From NCBI RefSeq assembly GCF_009914755.1, contig NC_060938.1: a DNA stretch of 64,000 nt, one strand, 5' to 3'. Below are positions 25,190-38,189 of this stretch, piece after piece. Position numbers and translations under genes: made by a program. The DNA is from the human T2T-CHM13v2.0 reference genome, Homo sapiens. Numbering within the stretch: position 1 is the first letter of the stretch; each line of letters begins with the position of its first letter. The notes under the pieces are model-generated. The model did not search any database. It was not told the origin of the DNA and worked only from the letters and a program-made list of their open reading frames with translations.

Positions 25190-27835
25190 TATCCATTCTG
25201 TGACTTCTTGGTTCCTACATTCATGCCTCATGCCTACTTAGGGATACAGAACAACAAAGAGGTCTCTTAATTTAATGATTATGCTACAACTTAAAGGATG
25301 AACCCCAGCCCTTCAGAGTGTTGTCTCTGAGCTAGTAGCTCAGCTATCCTTTAAGAATGTTATTTCAGTGCTCTATGAGACTTACTGTTACTGAGTGGTA
25401 TAGTATACGTTATAAATAGTGGGCCCTATGATGGGTGTAATCCTACGACAGCCCACTCTCACATGTCCTTTTTTGTAAAGTGGGTCACCTGGTCAGATGC
25501 TATGCTGTGAGATTTCATGCCTGTGAATCGGGCATTCTGTAAACCCTCAGACGGTGGTACTGACTGAGGCTTTGCAGGCAGGAAAGGAAAACATGTGCCT
25601 GAAGTTCTTACCTACCACTGTTAAGATGAACCATTGACCTTTCTAGGATAGATGAGGCCTGATGTAGTCAACTTGTCACTAAATCATCATCGGTTGGTCT
25701 CCTCTAGGAATTTTGACATATTGAAGGGTCAGCATTGGTGTCTGTTATAACAGGTAGGATATTCAGAAACCACAGATGCTGGATCTGCTTTAGTAAATAC
25801 CATTTACTAAATGTGGAGTCTATACCATTGGCTCCACACACAGACTTTGTCTCTGCTACCATGACTACTACTTTCATATTACAGTTCTAAGTTAACAAAA
25901 GTTAACATCAACCAGCCAAGACATGTTGTCTATTTGGTTTTTCAGTGCCTTTTCCATGTGGATGCTTTCTAGTATATGTTAATGACTTTGTGGCTGGTAC
26001 TATCTGTTTGCCCATGTACTTCTAGTGCACAACTCCTTGACTTCAGTCATCTAGTGCTTTCCCTTCCAGACCTCTGATCATTCATCCAGGCCATTGGCCG
26101 CTGACCAGAAATCACTATATATTTTCACTGTGGGCCACTTCTTAACCAGGTGCACTGTTGACAGCTCTGCCCATCAGAGAGATTTTTATCTCCACAGTCT
26201 TTCAAGACCACCCATGAGTAGGACTTTAATGCAGCCGCTTCCATTTTTAGCTTGCATCCACTTATTAAGCCAACCAATTATAAGCTAAGCTTGGGCTTTT
26301 TCTTCCTTGTCCTTTAATGAATCAAATGGGATTACCACCCCCAACCAAATCAGCCAAAGGTATGAGTTCAGGAAGGGATATTTGTGTTTCCATGTCAGGT
26401 GATATGGGGGGTTTGCGTATCTGTTAAAGTTGCTCTGTCATGTCCTCTGGTCCTCCTTGGGTTCAATCCCATGGTTATATTTCTATCTTATGAAAGTCTG
26501 TGCTAGGATTATCTCATTTTGTGATTTGGTGGGTCTGACAGAACCTAACTCATTATGGACAGTTCTAGACCCATGGACACTTGGTGCTCCATGGTCAAGT
26601 ATTTCATCTCTATGCTAGCATTAAACTAGCACACTAAAAATTGTTCTTTGAATGGCGTATAATTCTATGACTTTCTGCAGAATCTTAACGTCCTTCTTGG
26701 GTGGTTTGCCTTCTGTATCTTCCCATGGCAATGCAACTTTCTGGTGGGTCTGTGGCTTCACACAGTTTATTCCTCCCAGCATGTCCATGTCCCTCAACTT
26801 CTTTATTCTTTTCTTCACTATCTGACAGTGCAACTCAGTTGTCTCCACTTCACTTAGCATTGCTTTTTCCAGGCTTCTAATTGCCACTTCAACAATAAGT
26901 TTGCTTGATCTCCTAGAATTCTTGCCCCAGGGGATGTCCTGAGAAAGTGCCTTTCCAAGTCTATGAATTCTTGCTTATTCCATCTTATGTTCTGACTCTG
27001 CTGATCAAGCACCCTCAAAATCCAATCCGAGGAGCCCTCACCTGGTTCCTTCCAGTACAAGCTATCTAATTCTTACACCCACTTTGGCATATAGCTTTTT
27101 CCTTCCTTATCTTGTCTAATATATCCAGCTCAATTATGCTGGGATTTAACCCAATTATTGGAATGGCTGTCAGAAAAGCAGATGGAGGTGCACCTAAGGT
27201 GAACGTTTATTGCTTTGCATGGAGGGGGTCTCTGTAATATCTTCTAATGGAGGAGAAATGCTAGTTGTTATCAGAAAAAAAGCCCTCTGCCAGACCTACG
27301 GGTCTAGGGTATTCAACATGGCCAACTTCTTTGGAGGCATCCCCTTTCACATCCCCATCCTTTCTGGGTTCCAGGCTTTCCCATGCAAGACCCTAACAGA
27401 TTCATCTTCACTGAGAATTGAAATGTCATTTTTTTGTGACTCTATCAGATTATCAGTCTGCTGCTTAGCTACCTCTGTTCTTCTGTGAGAGATGGAATCA
27501 TTCTTCTAGGTTCTAAAGAGGCTCTCTTGTTAGAGATTAATTGTTTTCAGTGGCCTTCAGTTTCTCATTATCTCTCTACATAGAGACAGTACAACATTGC
27601 AGTAACCAACCAACTCTATTGTTATCGTAGCGATTGCCTACATGTTGCCCATTGCCTCCCCACTGCCCCCATCTCTTTCAGATGCCTGAAACATCTCACC
27701 TGCAAAGGTATGGAAATGACTGCTGCACTAAGATGCTTCCTTGGTGACCAGCAGTGAAACCTTCAGCAACTGAGTTGTCTGCTTGTGCCAGGGACTACTC
27801 TACCCCATTCAGGGTGGTGTCCTTCTCACTCTTTG
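25190..27835 (-). mobile_element. ERVL-class internal remnant (gag, RNase H, integrase), degenerate
   Basis: ORF 26854-27060 (EPGEGSSDWILRVLDQ..EFIDL) resembles ERVL gag. Minus strand at about 26050-26210 gives RNase H-like ..AEL..VHLV..KWPTVKIYSDFWSAANGL. Integrase-like sequence at about 25200-25800. Confidence 0.75.
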
Positions 27836-28402
27836 GACATTGAATGGCCTTAGCATGAAGGTAGAAGATGATCCAGGGGAGCACCAGCTGGGGCCATCAG
27901 CAAGTGAAGCTCTTCGCAGCACGAGAGCTGACTGGTGCATTTCCATGGCTGCTGTACAAGATAATATATGAAATTGTTTAAATAATGTCCTATTTTTATT
28001 ACCATTGCCACAGGATATAATCTGTCCTAGTCCAGTTTACAGCTTGCAGATATTCTTTAATCATCTCTTTGTCTACAACGGACTTTAAATCATTTAACAG
28101 TTTTTAACATATTTCAGAATGGAGAACATTCTCTTTGAAGAAAGAAAAATGTGGTTTTTGTCTCTTTATTCATTCACCTCTTATATTCCCTCTTCCTTAC
28201 CTGTCTTTATTCCAGATAGTGGTGTTTGCAGCTATGACATTGTGGCATTGTGGTTATTGTTCTCTCTAGAGAGAGAGAGAGAGAGAGAGATGGATTTTTT
28301 TTATTAAAGCAATGGGTCTGAGGGTTGATGGAAAAAAAGAAAGAGTGGACAGTATAACTTGGCTGTCACTCTTAAATCTTCTTTTTGATAGGAACTCTTC
28401 TT

Positions 28403-28632
28403 CTTCTTTTTTTTTTTTTTGAGATGTTCAAAATGGAGTTTCACTCTGGTTGCCCAGGCTAGAGCGCAATGGCGTGATCTATGCTCACTGCAACCTCTGA
28501 CTCCCTAGTTCAAGCGATTCTCCTGTCTCAGCCTCCCGAGTAGCTGGGATTACAGGCATGCACCACCACACCTGGCTAATTTTGTATTTTTATTAGAGAT
28601 GGGGTTCCTCCATGTTGGTCAGGCTGGTTGAC
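28403..28632 (-). mobile_element. AluSp-like, 5'-truncated
   Basis: Poly-T, right monomer and part of the left; 11-bp TSD GAACTCTTCTT at 28392-28402 and 28633-28643. Confidence 0.92.
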
Positions 28633-30111
28633 GAACTCTTCTTAATACTCACGTAGGCTTACAGGACTATCATAATGTCAGTGTCAAAATAAAACAAGAG
28701 AAATTTCATTTAGTGGGCAGACAATCTATCATTCAATCCTAAGAGGTAACAGGAGTTGGAACAACCAGAAAAGACCAGAAAACATTTAAAATAAAGACAA
28801 AGTTGGGGGTGGGAAGGCAGAATAAAGTCTTGAAAGTTTTAGGTGATAAATATTTCCATCAAAAGTAACACTTAACTTTATAAAAGCATGCCACAATTTA
28901 TTATTCACTATAGGTGGCAAGATTCAAAAGCATGGGAGCAATTACATTTTCCTCAGAATGTATTTGTATGTATAACTTGATACAGGAAGCCAGAAAAGTA
29001 GATACTTCTGAATTCTAAAAATTTTAGAATATCAGAAATATACCAGTCTGATATAGCCTATGTTATGACATTTCACATTTTAGCTTTAATTAATTTTTGT
29101 TTCACTTCTATAAAATTGCTTATCTTAAATTTCAAGGGCTTTTAAACTTCATTTTCAGATACCAATTGCTTAAGGCCATTTATTAGTTTGTTTGGATAAT
29201 TGCTGTGTGGTGGGGCTGGTTGAACTACTTGATAGGCAGATATTTCTATGTCAATTTCTATAAGAACATTGACCACTTTAAAATTTCAAATTTAGTACTT
29301 TGAAAGAAGAGAAAAATAGAATTAGGGCCCATGGCTGCTGATGTGCCATTTAACAAAATTTCTTGAAAGATGTTAGCTAATTCATGAGTGATGCTTCTGG
29401 ACTCCTGAAATGTTCTCATATTCCACTGAGACTATCATCCTTTCTCATAATGCCTTACATGACTCTTCCCTGCTCTAACTAACTGGTTTTAGAGTACATT
29501 AACCCACTTTTAAGAATTAAACCCACAAGAAATGTACTGCTTGCCTCAATTCCTCATGTCACCCAAGAGGGACAAAAGGGTAGATTGGGTGAGGAATCCT
29601 CCCGACAAAACCACATGAAGCCTGGGCCAAATGGAAGATAAAAATAGCTAAAGCTAAAGCCAAGAGATTATCATAATACCTTTGCACAGCTTGTGAGCTA
29701 AATCCTTAGTGGGCAAGATCCATGTTGTATGCTTGTCTTACACAACTTCTGGTTGATTCAGAATTGTTTTTAAAGTGAGCCATGAATCTTGGTGGGTATT
29801 TTTCGAAGCATTTCTATCAGTTCTAACAAGACCAAAGTCACCTATTCAGCCCACTTAGAGGCAGCAGAAAGTTTTTTCCCTTTGCCGTGGGGATTACTCT
29901 AAGATCTAGGGTCTCCCAACAGTGTATTCTCAGACACAAAGGGAACTAGAGGAAATAGCAGGCATTTCTCAGTGTGAGTCATACCTACATGGAACACTTT
30001 CTGTTTGTAGTATATCATTTGCATTATCTTCTTAAAGAGCAGAAAAATGCAATGACATGGCATGTTTCTACCTCATTAGGTAATATTTATTTTTTAAAAA
30101 TAAGATGAGTC

Positions 30112-30424
<313 letters not shown>

Positions 30425-30484
30425 TCAATTTCCATATGGCAGTAATTTTATGTACATTAGGTCCCTGTTAGATGCTCTGGGTAT

Positions 30485-30722
30485 TTAATTTTTTACTTTT
30501 TATTGATATATCAGAGTTGTACATATTTTTGGGATACTTTTGATATTTTGATACATGTATACAATGTTTAATGATCAAATCAGGGTAACTGGGATATCCA
30601 TCAACTCAAACATATATCCTTTGAATTGGGAACATTACAGTTCTTCTCTTCTAGCTATTTTGAAATATACAGTAAATTATTTTTAACTATAATTTCCCTG
30701 CACTATTAGAATACTAGAACTT
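30485..30722 (-). mobile_element. L1MA-type 3' end fragment
   Basis: GTATACAATGTTTAATGATCAAATCAGGGTAACTGGGATATCCATCA...CTTCTAGCTATTTTGAAATATACA. Confidence 0.85.
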
Positions 30723-33079
30723 CTGAGTAACCTTTGCTTTCATATAACTAAGAGTTAATATATTTTTTATAGAAATACAAACTTATTTTAAAAGGTAAAG
30801 AAAAATTATTCTCTTGGGCTAGACAAGTCAGAGGGCCAGCAGTGAATTTATCCAGACAGTAGGGAGATCAGGAGGATTAGCATAATATGCTAATAAGGGA
30901 TGCTCCACTTCCTTGGTCTTGGAGACTTGTTGCTAAGCAATACCCGCTACAGCAGTGTAAAAGATATGAAAACATAATTCAGTTATAGGAACAATAAAAG
31001 CCCTTACATTTTCAAAGGAGGTTGCAATAATACATAATTTCAGGCCAAAACCACTCTGGAGCTCACATGAGGGTTGCCGAGCAGTAGCAAATTATTCAGA
31101 TTTATGAAGGGGTTGTGTGAGATTAGCAAAAACTTGATGGAAAATTGGGTTAAGCCTCACTGCCATTCATCACTCCTCTACAGCAGGACAATAACCATAA
31201 GCACAATGACATTACAAGAAACCACAAGTATACAAGAGATTTATTTCACCAATATGATGCTATCAGATCGAAACTAGATTTAAAGTTCCCATTTTGAAGG
31301 TGGGATATTTCATTCACTTAAAATTGTTTCTAAAGTTAACAGGCATTTTCTAGTAAAAGAACAATATTAAAGACCAAATATTTTCAAAATTTCAACTTTA
31401 CATACATAAATATATCTCTCTTAAGCAATTAGTATTTTGGGCACATAACCTGAAATATTAGAATTCTATCTGAGTTAATTTTTAGGACTAGTTTTTTTTA
31501 TTATTAAGTGTACTTGGTTTGGATAATAAGTAATTTGGAGGCTGAAATGTGAATTCCTTTTAATGCATTTATAATATCATAAATTACAACCAAGAGTGGT
31601 AAGTTTTTAAAGAGGGATTAGTCTCTGAAGAAGGATATATTGGCATTTCTAGTCATGCAGGTTTATTTTAATTGTGTTGAGAAAATATGAGGTATATTGT
31701 CACCACAAAGGCATTCTCTCTTGATTCTGTTGCTCTGATTCAAACATGACCCTTTCCTAAACAACTGAATTTTAAAGTCCTTACTACATGAGAAGGATCC
31801 ATTTATATATGTTTTACATGTTGCCTGTAAATTCATCTCTCTATGTAACACTGTCCCTTGTTAGGGTTATTGACTGTTTCAAATATCTGGGGCAGCAGGG
31901 AACTACTGTCCAAAGTATTCTAGAAATGTTTGATGAGCATCTTAACTCTATTAAGTAATAATTTGATGAAATAACAGGTGTGCTTTTGTGCTTCTACCCA
32001 TGTGCATCCCCCATTCATGCCCGAAGACATGACATTGCCATTCCATTTGTCTCAGGGGAGAGCTGTCTGGATTAGACACTTCTAGTACCTATAATAAAAT
32101 TTATGAGTTCACTTGAAAGGAATATTTAGGAAGATTAGTAGATCAGCCAGCACTCTACCCATCACCCGGGCTATGTAGAGCCTTCTAAGCTGGAGGAACT
32201 GCGGGAGAGTTCAAAGAAGAGGCAGAGGTTCACACTGAAGTTTGTTCACACAGACTGGAGACAGTTCTGGTGGAAGGAGATCCATTTAAAAATGCATACA
32301 ATTTGGGGACCTGAAAATGGTGGAGACCTGTGTCTCGCCGGGCTCACTGGATCTCTGGTAAAAAGTAACCTCACTGAGTATCTCATAAATGGCTGCCATG
32401 TGTCTTTAGGAGAAGAGTGAGGCTTTACTGATATATCTGAGTCCTCTGCCTCAGAAAGACATGGGCATGTAGTGAAATCTTTCCTGTGCTCCTGGGAAGG
32501 GTACAGAAGGGCTGAAGGAGAAGCAGCAGCTCTGAGGAATCCCATGGTAGGATCAAAAAGAAAGCAGAGTGGTATACATGATCTCATGACCTGAGGTTGT
32601 GGTGAGACCTGGGAGGGTCCGGTAGGGTAGGGGCCATGACTGAAATCCATGTGGGATGTCTGTGCTCCTCAGTGGGGAGCTATAGTTCCCACCCAAGCAT
32701 TAAAGAGAACTAATACCTCTGCAGCTGAAGGAGGCAGTATTGCCCTATTCTGAGCATTTTCAACTTGGTAGTGTATACACAGGGAAATAAATTACTTTTT
32801 CTTCAGTGACTACTCCCAGCTTTGCCAGGCCAATTAGCACTTCTTCAAAGGCAGAGCCTTTAAATGACATGTTGAGAAGTTTGTATAACTTCCTGGTCAA
32901 GCAATTCTAAACTTTTAATTTCATATTCTATTCCAAGCTGCTTCTCTACCCCAGCCCCCATCACCCATGCAAATCTTGTCTTATGGGAGGGAAATGCGAT
33001 CTGCTTTCTTAATCCTTCTGCCAACCCAGGATTTTAAAGTAGAAAGGGACCATGGTTTAGGCTAAGGCCATCTATCTCC

Positions 33080-33310
33080 TTTTTGTATTCCCTTTCTTCT
33101 TTCATTCCTTCATTTCTTTCTTTCCTCTCTTCCTTTCTTTTCTCCTCCTTTTCTTTTCTTCCTCCTTTCCTTCTTCAGTTCCTCCTTCCCTTTCCTTCAT
33201 TCTTTTTTCCCTTTTCCCCTTTTTTTCCATTCATTTTCCTCTTTCTCTTTTTCTTCCTTTTTTCTTTCCTTATATTTTCTTCCTTCCCTCCATCTTTTCT
33301 TCCTTCCCAT
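33080..33310. repeat. CT-rich polypyrimidine low-complexity tract
   Basis: About 230 bp almost entirely C/T. Confidence 0.9.
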
Positions 33311-33989
33311 AACCTTTTTATTGTTAAATATAACAAAAGTCATCTAAAGTTCTGCTTTGCAAGGACAGTCCTGAGTTATGCCTGCTGTTTCAAGCAGTAC
33401 CCCATCCATTTTTTACTATCAAAGGTACATGAGATTGAATGGCTCATTACACAGTCATGCCAAGTGTAATAGCATGTGAACCAAAGGTACATTATCCCAA
33501 GATAACATTTATATAGCTTCCATAGGTCCAGAAATAGCATGCTGCCAGTATTTAGGAAACTTTCTTCTAATTCCTCTCCAAATCACTACCAAAGGTAACC
33601 ACTATCCTTACTTGAAACACTATGCTAAGTTTTAAAAATTTTATAAAACTATTCTTTTGTGAGATTCATTAATGTTGCTGAGTGCAGCTAGAATTTGTTT
33701 TCGTTTTGGTATAAATATTCCATTAAAAAATTCATTCTACTGTTAAAGGTAGTTGGACAGTTTCTATTTTTAGAGTATTATGAATAATGCTGATAGGAAC
33801 ATTTATATACATACCTTTTGGTATATACATTTCTTTTAGGTAAAAACCAAAGACAAGAGCTACTCAAATAGAGTATGGACATATCTAGAATTGAATGGTA
33901 AACTGTTTTCCAAAGTGCATGCTCGTATATAATAATATGGCTGATTTTTTTATATGGATATAGTTTTATTTCCCAAAATAACCCTTTGT

Positions 33990-34085
33990 AAATTTTAAAA
34001 TTTACAGATGAGAAAACTGAGACTTAGAAATGTTAAATTTCATGTTGCCGCTCAGACAGGTAATAGGTAGTGGAGCCAGGTGTTG
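33990..34085 (-). mobile_element. MIR fragment
   Basis: TTTACAGATGAGAAAACTGAGACTTAGAAATGTTAA. Confidence 0.7.
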
Positions 34086-34154
34086 TGCTAACTATTCTAC
34101 TATAGAGGACTCATACTGAACTTTAGGGTTTACTCGCTCTCAGATGTTGAAAAT

Positions 34155-34453
34155 ACTGCTAGTTGCCACTCCTCCACATATTCTCCCTGTCTTCCTAAGC
34201 TGCAGAATCCCAATTTTCTCCAGGAAGCAAAGACTGTGTTTTCTAGTCTCATGCAGCTAAGGGTGCTCAATTAGACATAAGCAAAAAGTTTAGGTGAGAA
34301 AACTGGGAAGGGCAATTAATGAGGACTGACTCTTTTAGGAGTCACATTCTTTTGTCCTTTCTCTACTTCCTTCTTCTTCCTGCCCCAAACCTAGAGGCAA
34401 TGGTTGGAGTTTCAGCAGCCATTCTGGACTATGAGGAGGCCCTTGAGGATGGA
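34155..34453 (+). mobile_element. Old MLT1 (I/J-like) LTR fragment
   Basis: CTTCCTGCC...ATGGTTGGAGTTTCAGCAGCCATTCTGGACTATGAGG. Confidence 0.55.
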
Positions 34454-34597
34454 TTTGTCTATTTCTTCTTTCAGGTCTATCAGTTTTGCTTCATGTATTT
34501 TGAAGCTGTTTTATAAGATAAACAATCATATGGGATTGTTATGTCCTCTTGGTGAATTTACACCGTTTATAGTGGTGAAATGAACCTTTATGCCTGA

Positions 34598-35354
<757 letters not shown>

Positions 35355-35799
35355 TCTGGTAATATCCTTTGACTGAAACTCATTTTCTCTTATGTTAATA
35401 TAGCCAGTCTAGTTTTATTTTTACTTGTGTTCATATGGGATATCTTTTTCCATTCTTTTACTTTTAACATATAATTGTTTTTTATATTTAAATAATCTTT
35501 CTTATAGACATATAGTTGGATCTTGCTTTTTTAAAAATCCAAGTAGATAATTTCTGTTTTTTTTAATTAGAGTATTTAGACCATTCACATTTAATGTAAT
35601 TCCTAATATGGTTAGATTTAAATTTATCATCTTTCTAGTTGTTTTCTATTTGTATTCCATCGTTTCTCTGTTCTCCTTTTCTCATTTCTCCTGACTCTAT
35701 TGTTAACATTTTTGACTCCACTTTAATTCTTTTCTTGACTTATTAACTATAACTTTTTGTTTTATTATTTTGTTGGTTGCTTTGTGGTTTATGGTGTAC

Positions 35800-36085
<286 letters not shown>

Positions 36086-38189
36086 TAAACTTATTATAGT
36101 CTATATTAAAGTGATATTTTATTAACTGACATATATAAAAACTTTAAGCTAACACACTTTCTTTACTTTCTCTTTCTTCCTACCTCTGCCCCTGACCTTC
36201 CTACTATTGTTTTTTGTATATCTTACTTATACCTATGTAATAGGCCCCAGAATAAATTGTTAATTTTGTTTGAACATTAAATTATCACTTAAAGAGATTT
36301 AAAACAGTAAGACAGGCATATTTACTATTTTACCCATGTGGTTACCATTTCTAATGTTCTTCTGTGTAAATAGATATTTCCAGTTGGTTTCATTTTCCTC
36401 CTGCCTGAAAAACTTGCTTTATCATTTCTTATAGTGTAGGTTTATTGATGATAAATCATTTCAATTTATTTTTGTCTGATAAAATATTTATTTCACTTAG
36501 GTTTTACAAGGATATTTTCTGTAGGTATAGAATTCTATATTTTTATATCAATACTTTAAAGATGTTACTCTCCCATCTGCTTATTTGCATTATTTCTTAT
36601 GGGAAATAGTAGAACACCCTTTGTTCTCCTCTATGTAAAGTATCTTTCTATCTGGCTGCTTTCAAGATTTTCTCTTTATCACTGTTTTTGAGCATTTTGA
36701 CTGTGATACATCTAGAAAAATGTCTTCAGCTTAGGGTTTCTTCAGTTTAGAATTGGTTGACCCTTTTAGAGGTCAACAGTTTAGAGTTGTTGCTGCATGT
36801 TTCTCTGTGGGTTTATAGTACTCATCAAATTTGAAAAATGTTTGGCCATTATTGCTTCAAATAATTTTTCTTTTCCCCTCATCTCTCTCCTTCCTTTCTG
36901 AGACTCCTGTTACCTCAAAACCTACCTGAATTGTTCCACAGCTTACTGATGCTAGACTTATTTTTAATATTCTGTTTTTTTCTGTAATGTTTAATCTGCC
37001 ATTATTCTTTAGTATATTTTTCACTTTTTACATTTTAGTTTTCACGTGTAGAAATTCAGTGTGAATCTTTTGTATATTTGTCATGATTCTCTTCTATTTT
37101 TTAGCATATTTAATACAACTATAATAACTTCTTTAATGTTACCTGTTAATTCTAACATGTCAATTTTAAGTTTGCTTCTATTGATTGATTTTTCTTATCT
37201 TCATGAGTTATATTTTTCTGCTTATTTGCATGCCTGGTAATTTTTCTTTCCAGACATTGTATATTTTACATTGTTGGATGCCAGATATTTTGTATTCTTA
37301 TAAATAATCTTGAGATTTGTTATGGGATGCAGTTTAGGTACTTAGAAACAATTTGATCCTGTATTAATCATTCTTGGATTTGTTAGGTTGGAAAGAAGCA
37401 ATGCTCAGTCAAGGACTACCACAAAAGCAATGCCTTTCTGTGTACTCTGCCCAGTACTTTGTGAATCATACACTTTTACAGTCTTCCTGGTAGTAATTGG
37501 CCCATTTCCAGCCCTCTGTGACTGTTAGACCCTATTACCTCTAATTATTGTGTGTTCTTTCTCCAGCCTCAGGTGTGTTCCTCACATACAGGTGCTGATC
37601 AATAATCAGGTAAATACTTAGAGGGTTTCTGTACAGATCTCTGGAGTTACCTCTTTGTGTAGCTCTCTCCTATTCAATCGGTCCTGCAATACTGTCTGTC
37701 TTATTCTACTCGAATCTCATCTCTGTATTAGTATTCAGGGGATTGGCTGGGTACCTCCTGAAGTTTCATTTTCCTTTACTATGGCCTGGAAACTCTCTGC
37801 GGGCAGTAAGTTAGAGAAATTGTAGGACTCGATTAATTTGTTCGTATTTCTCCGGGGTCATTCTCTTTCATTGCATGATGTCCAGTGTCTTGAAAACTGT
37901 TGTTCTATATATTCTATCCTGTTTATTTGTGTCAGGCAGGAGAGGAAATTCAGTGCCTGCTACTCCATCTTGGCAAGAAGTAAAATTCATTTTGATATAT
38001 TTAAAATATTGACATTACATCTAGCAATCTTGTTAGACTCACTAATCATAACATTTTAGGTGTATTCTTTGGCATTTTAAACATATACAATCACATTATT
38101 CACAAATATACACAGTTCTATTTCTCTCCTTTTCCTTTGTCAAGGACCCACCCCCTCCTACTTCACAGAGAAAATAGAGGCCCCAAGGC

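Larger units (their letters stand above)
23454..25190 (+). mobile_element. Ancient L1M/HAL1-like 5' end and ORF1 region, interrupted by a younger L1PA
   Basis: CCACTTCCAGCAATGTTGGC-type 5' end; A-rich ORF1-like sequence continuous across the 24128-24907 insert. Confidence 0.5.

Noticed and set aside
32246-32650. 134-aa minus-strand ORF
   Set aside because: No recognisable domain or exon structure; likely a chance ORF in a GC-richer, possibly LTR-derived patch.
33083-33469. 128-aa F/S/L/P-rich membrane-like ORF
   Set aside because: Artefact of the CT-rich low-complexity tract.
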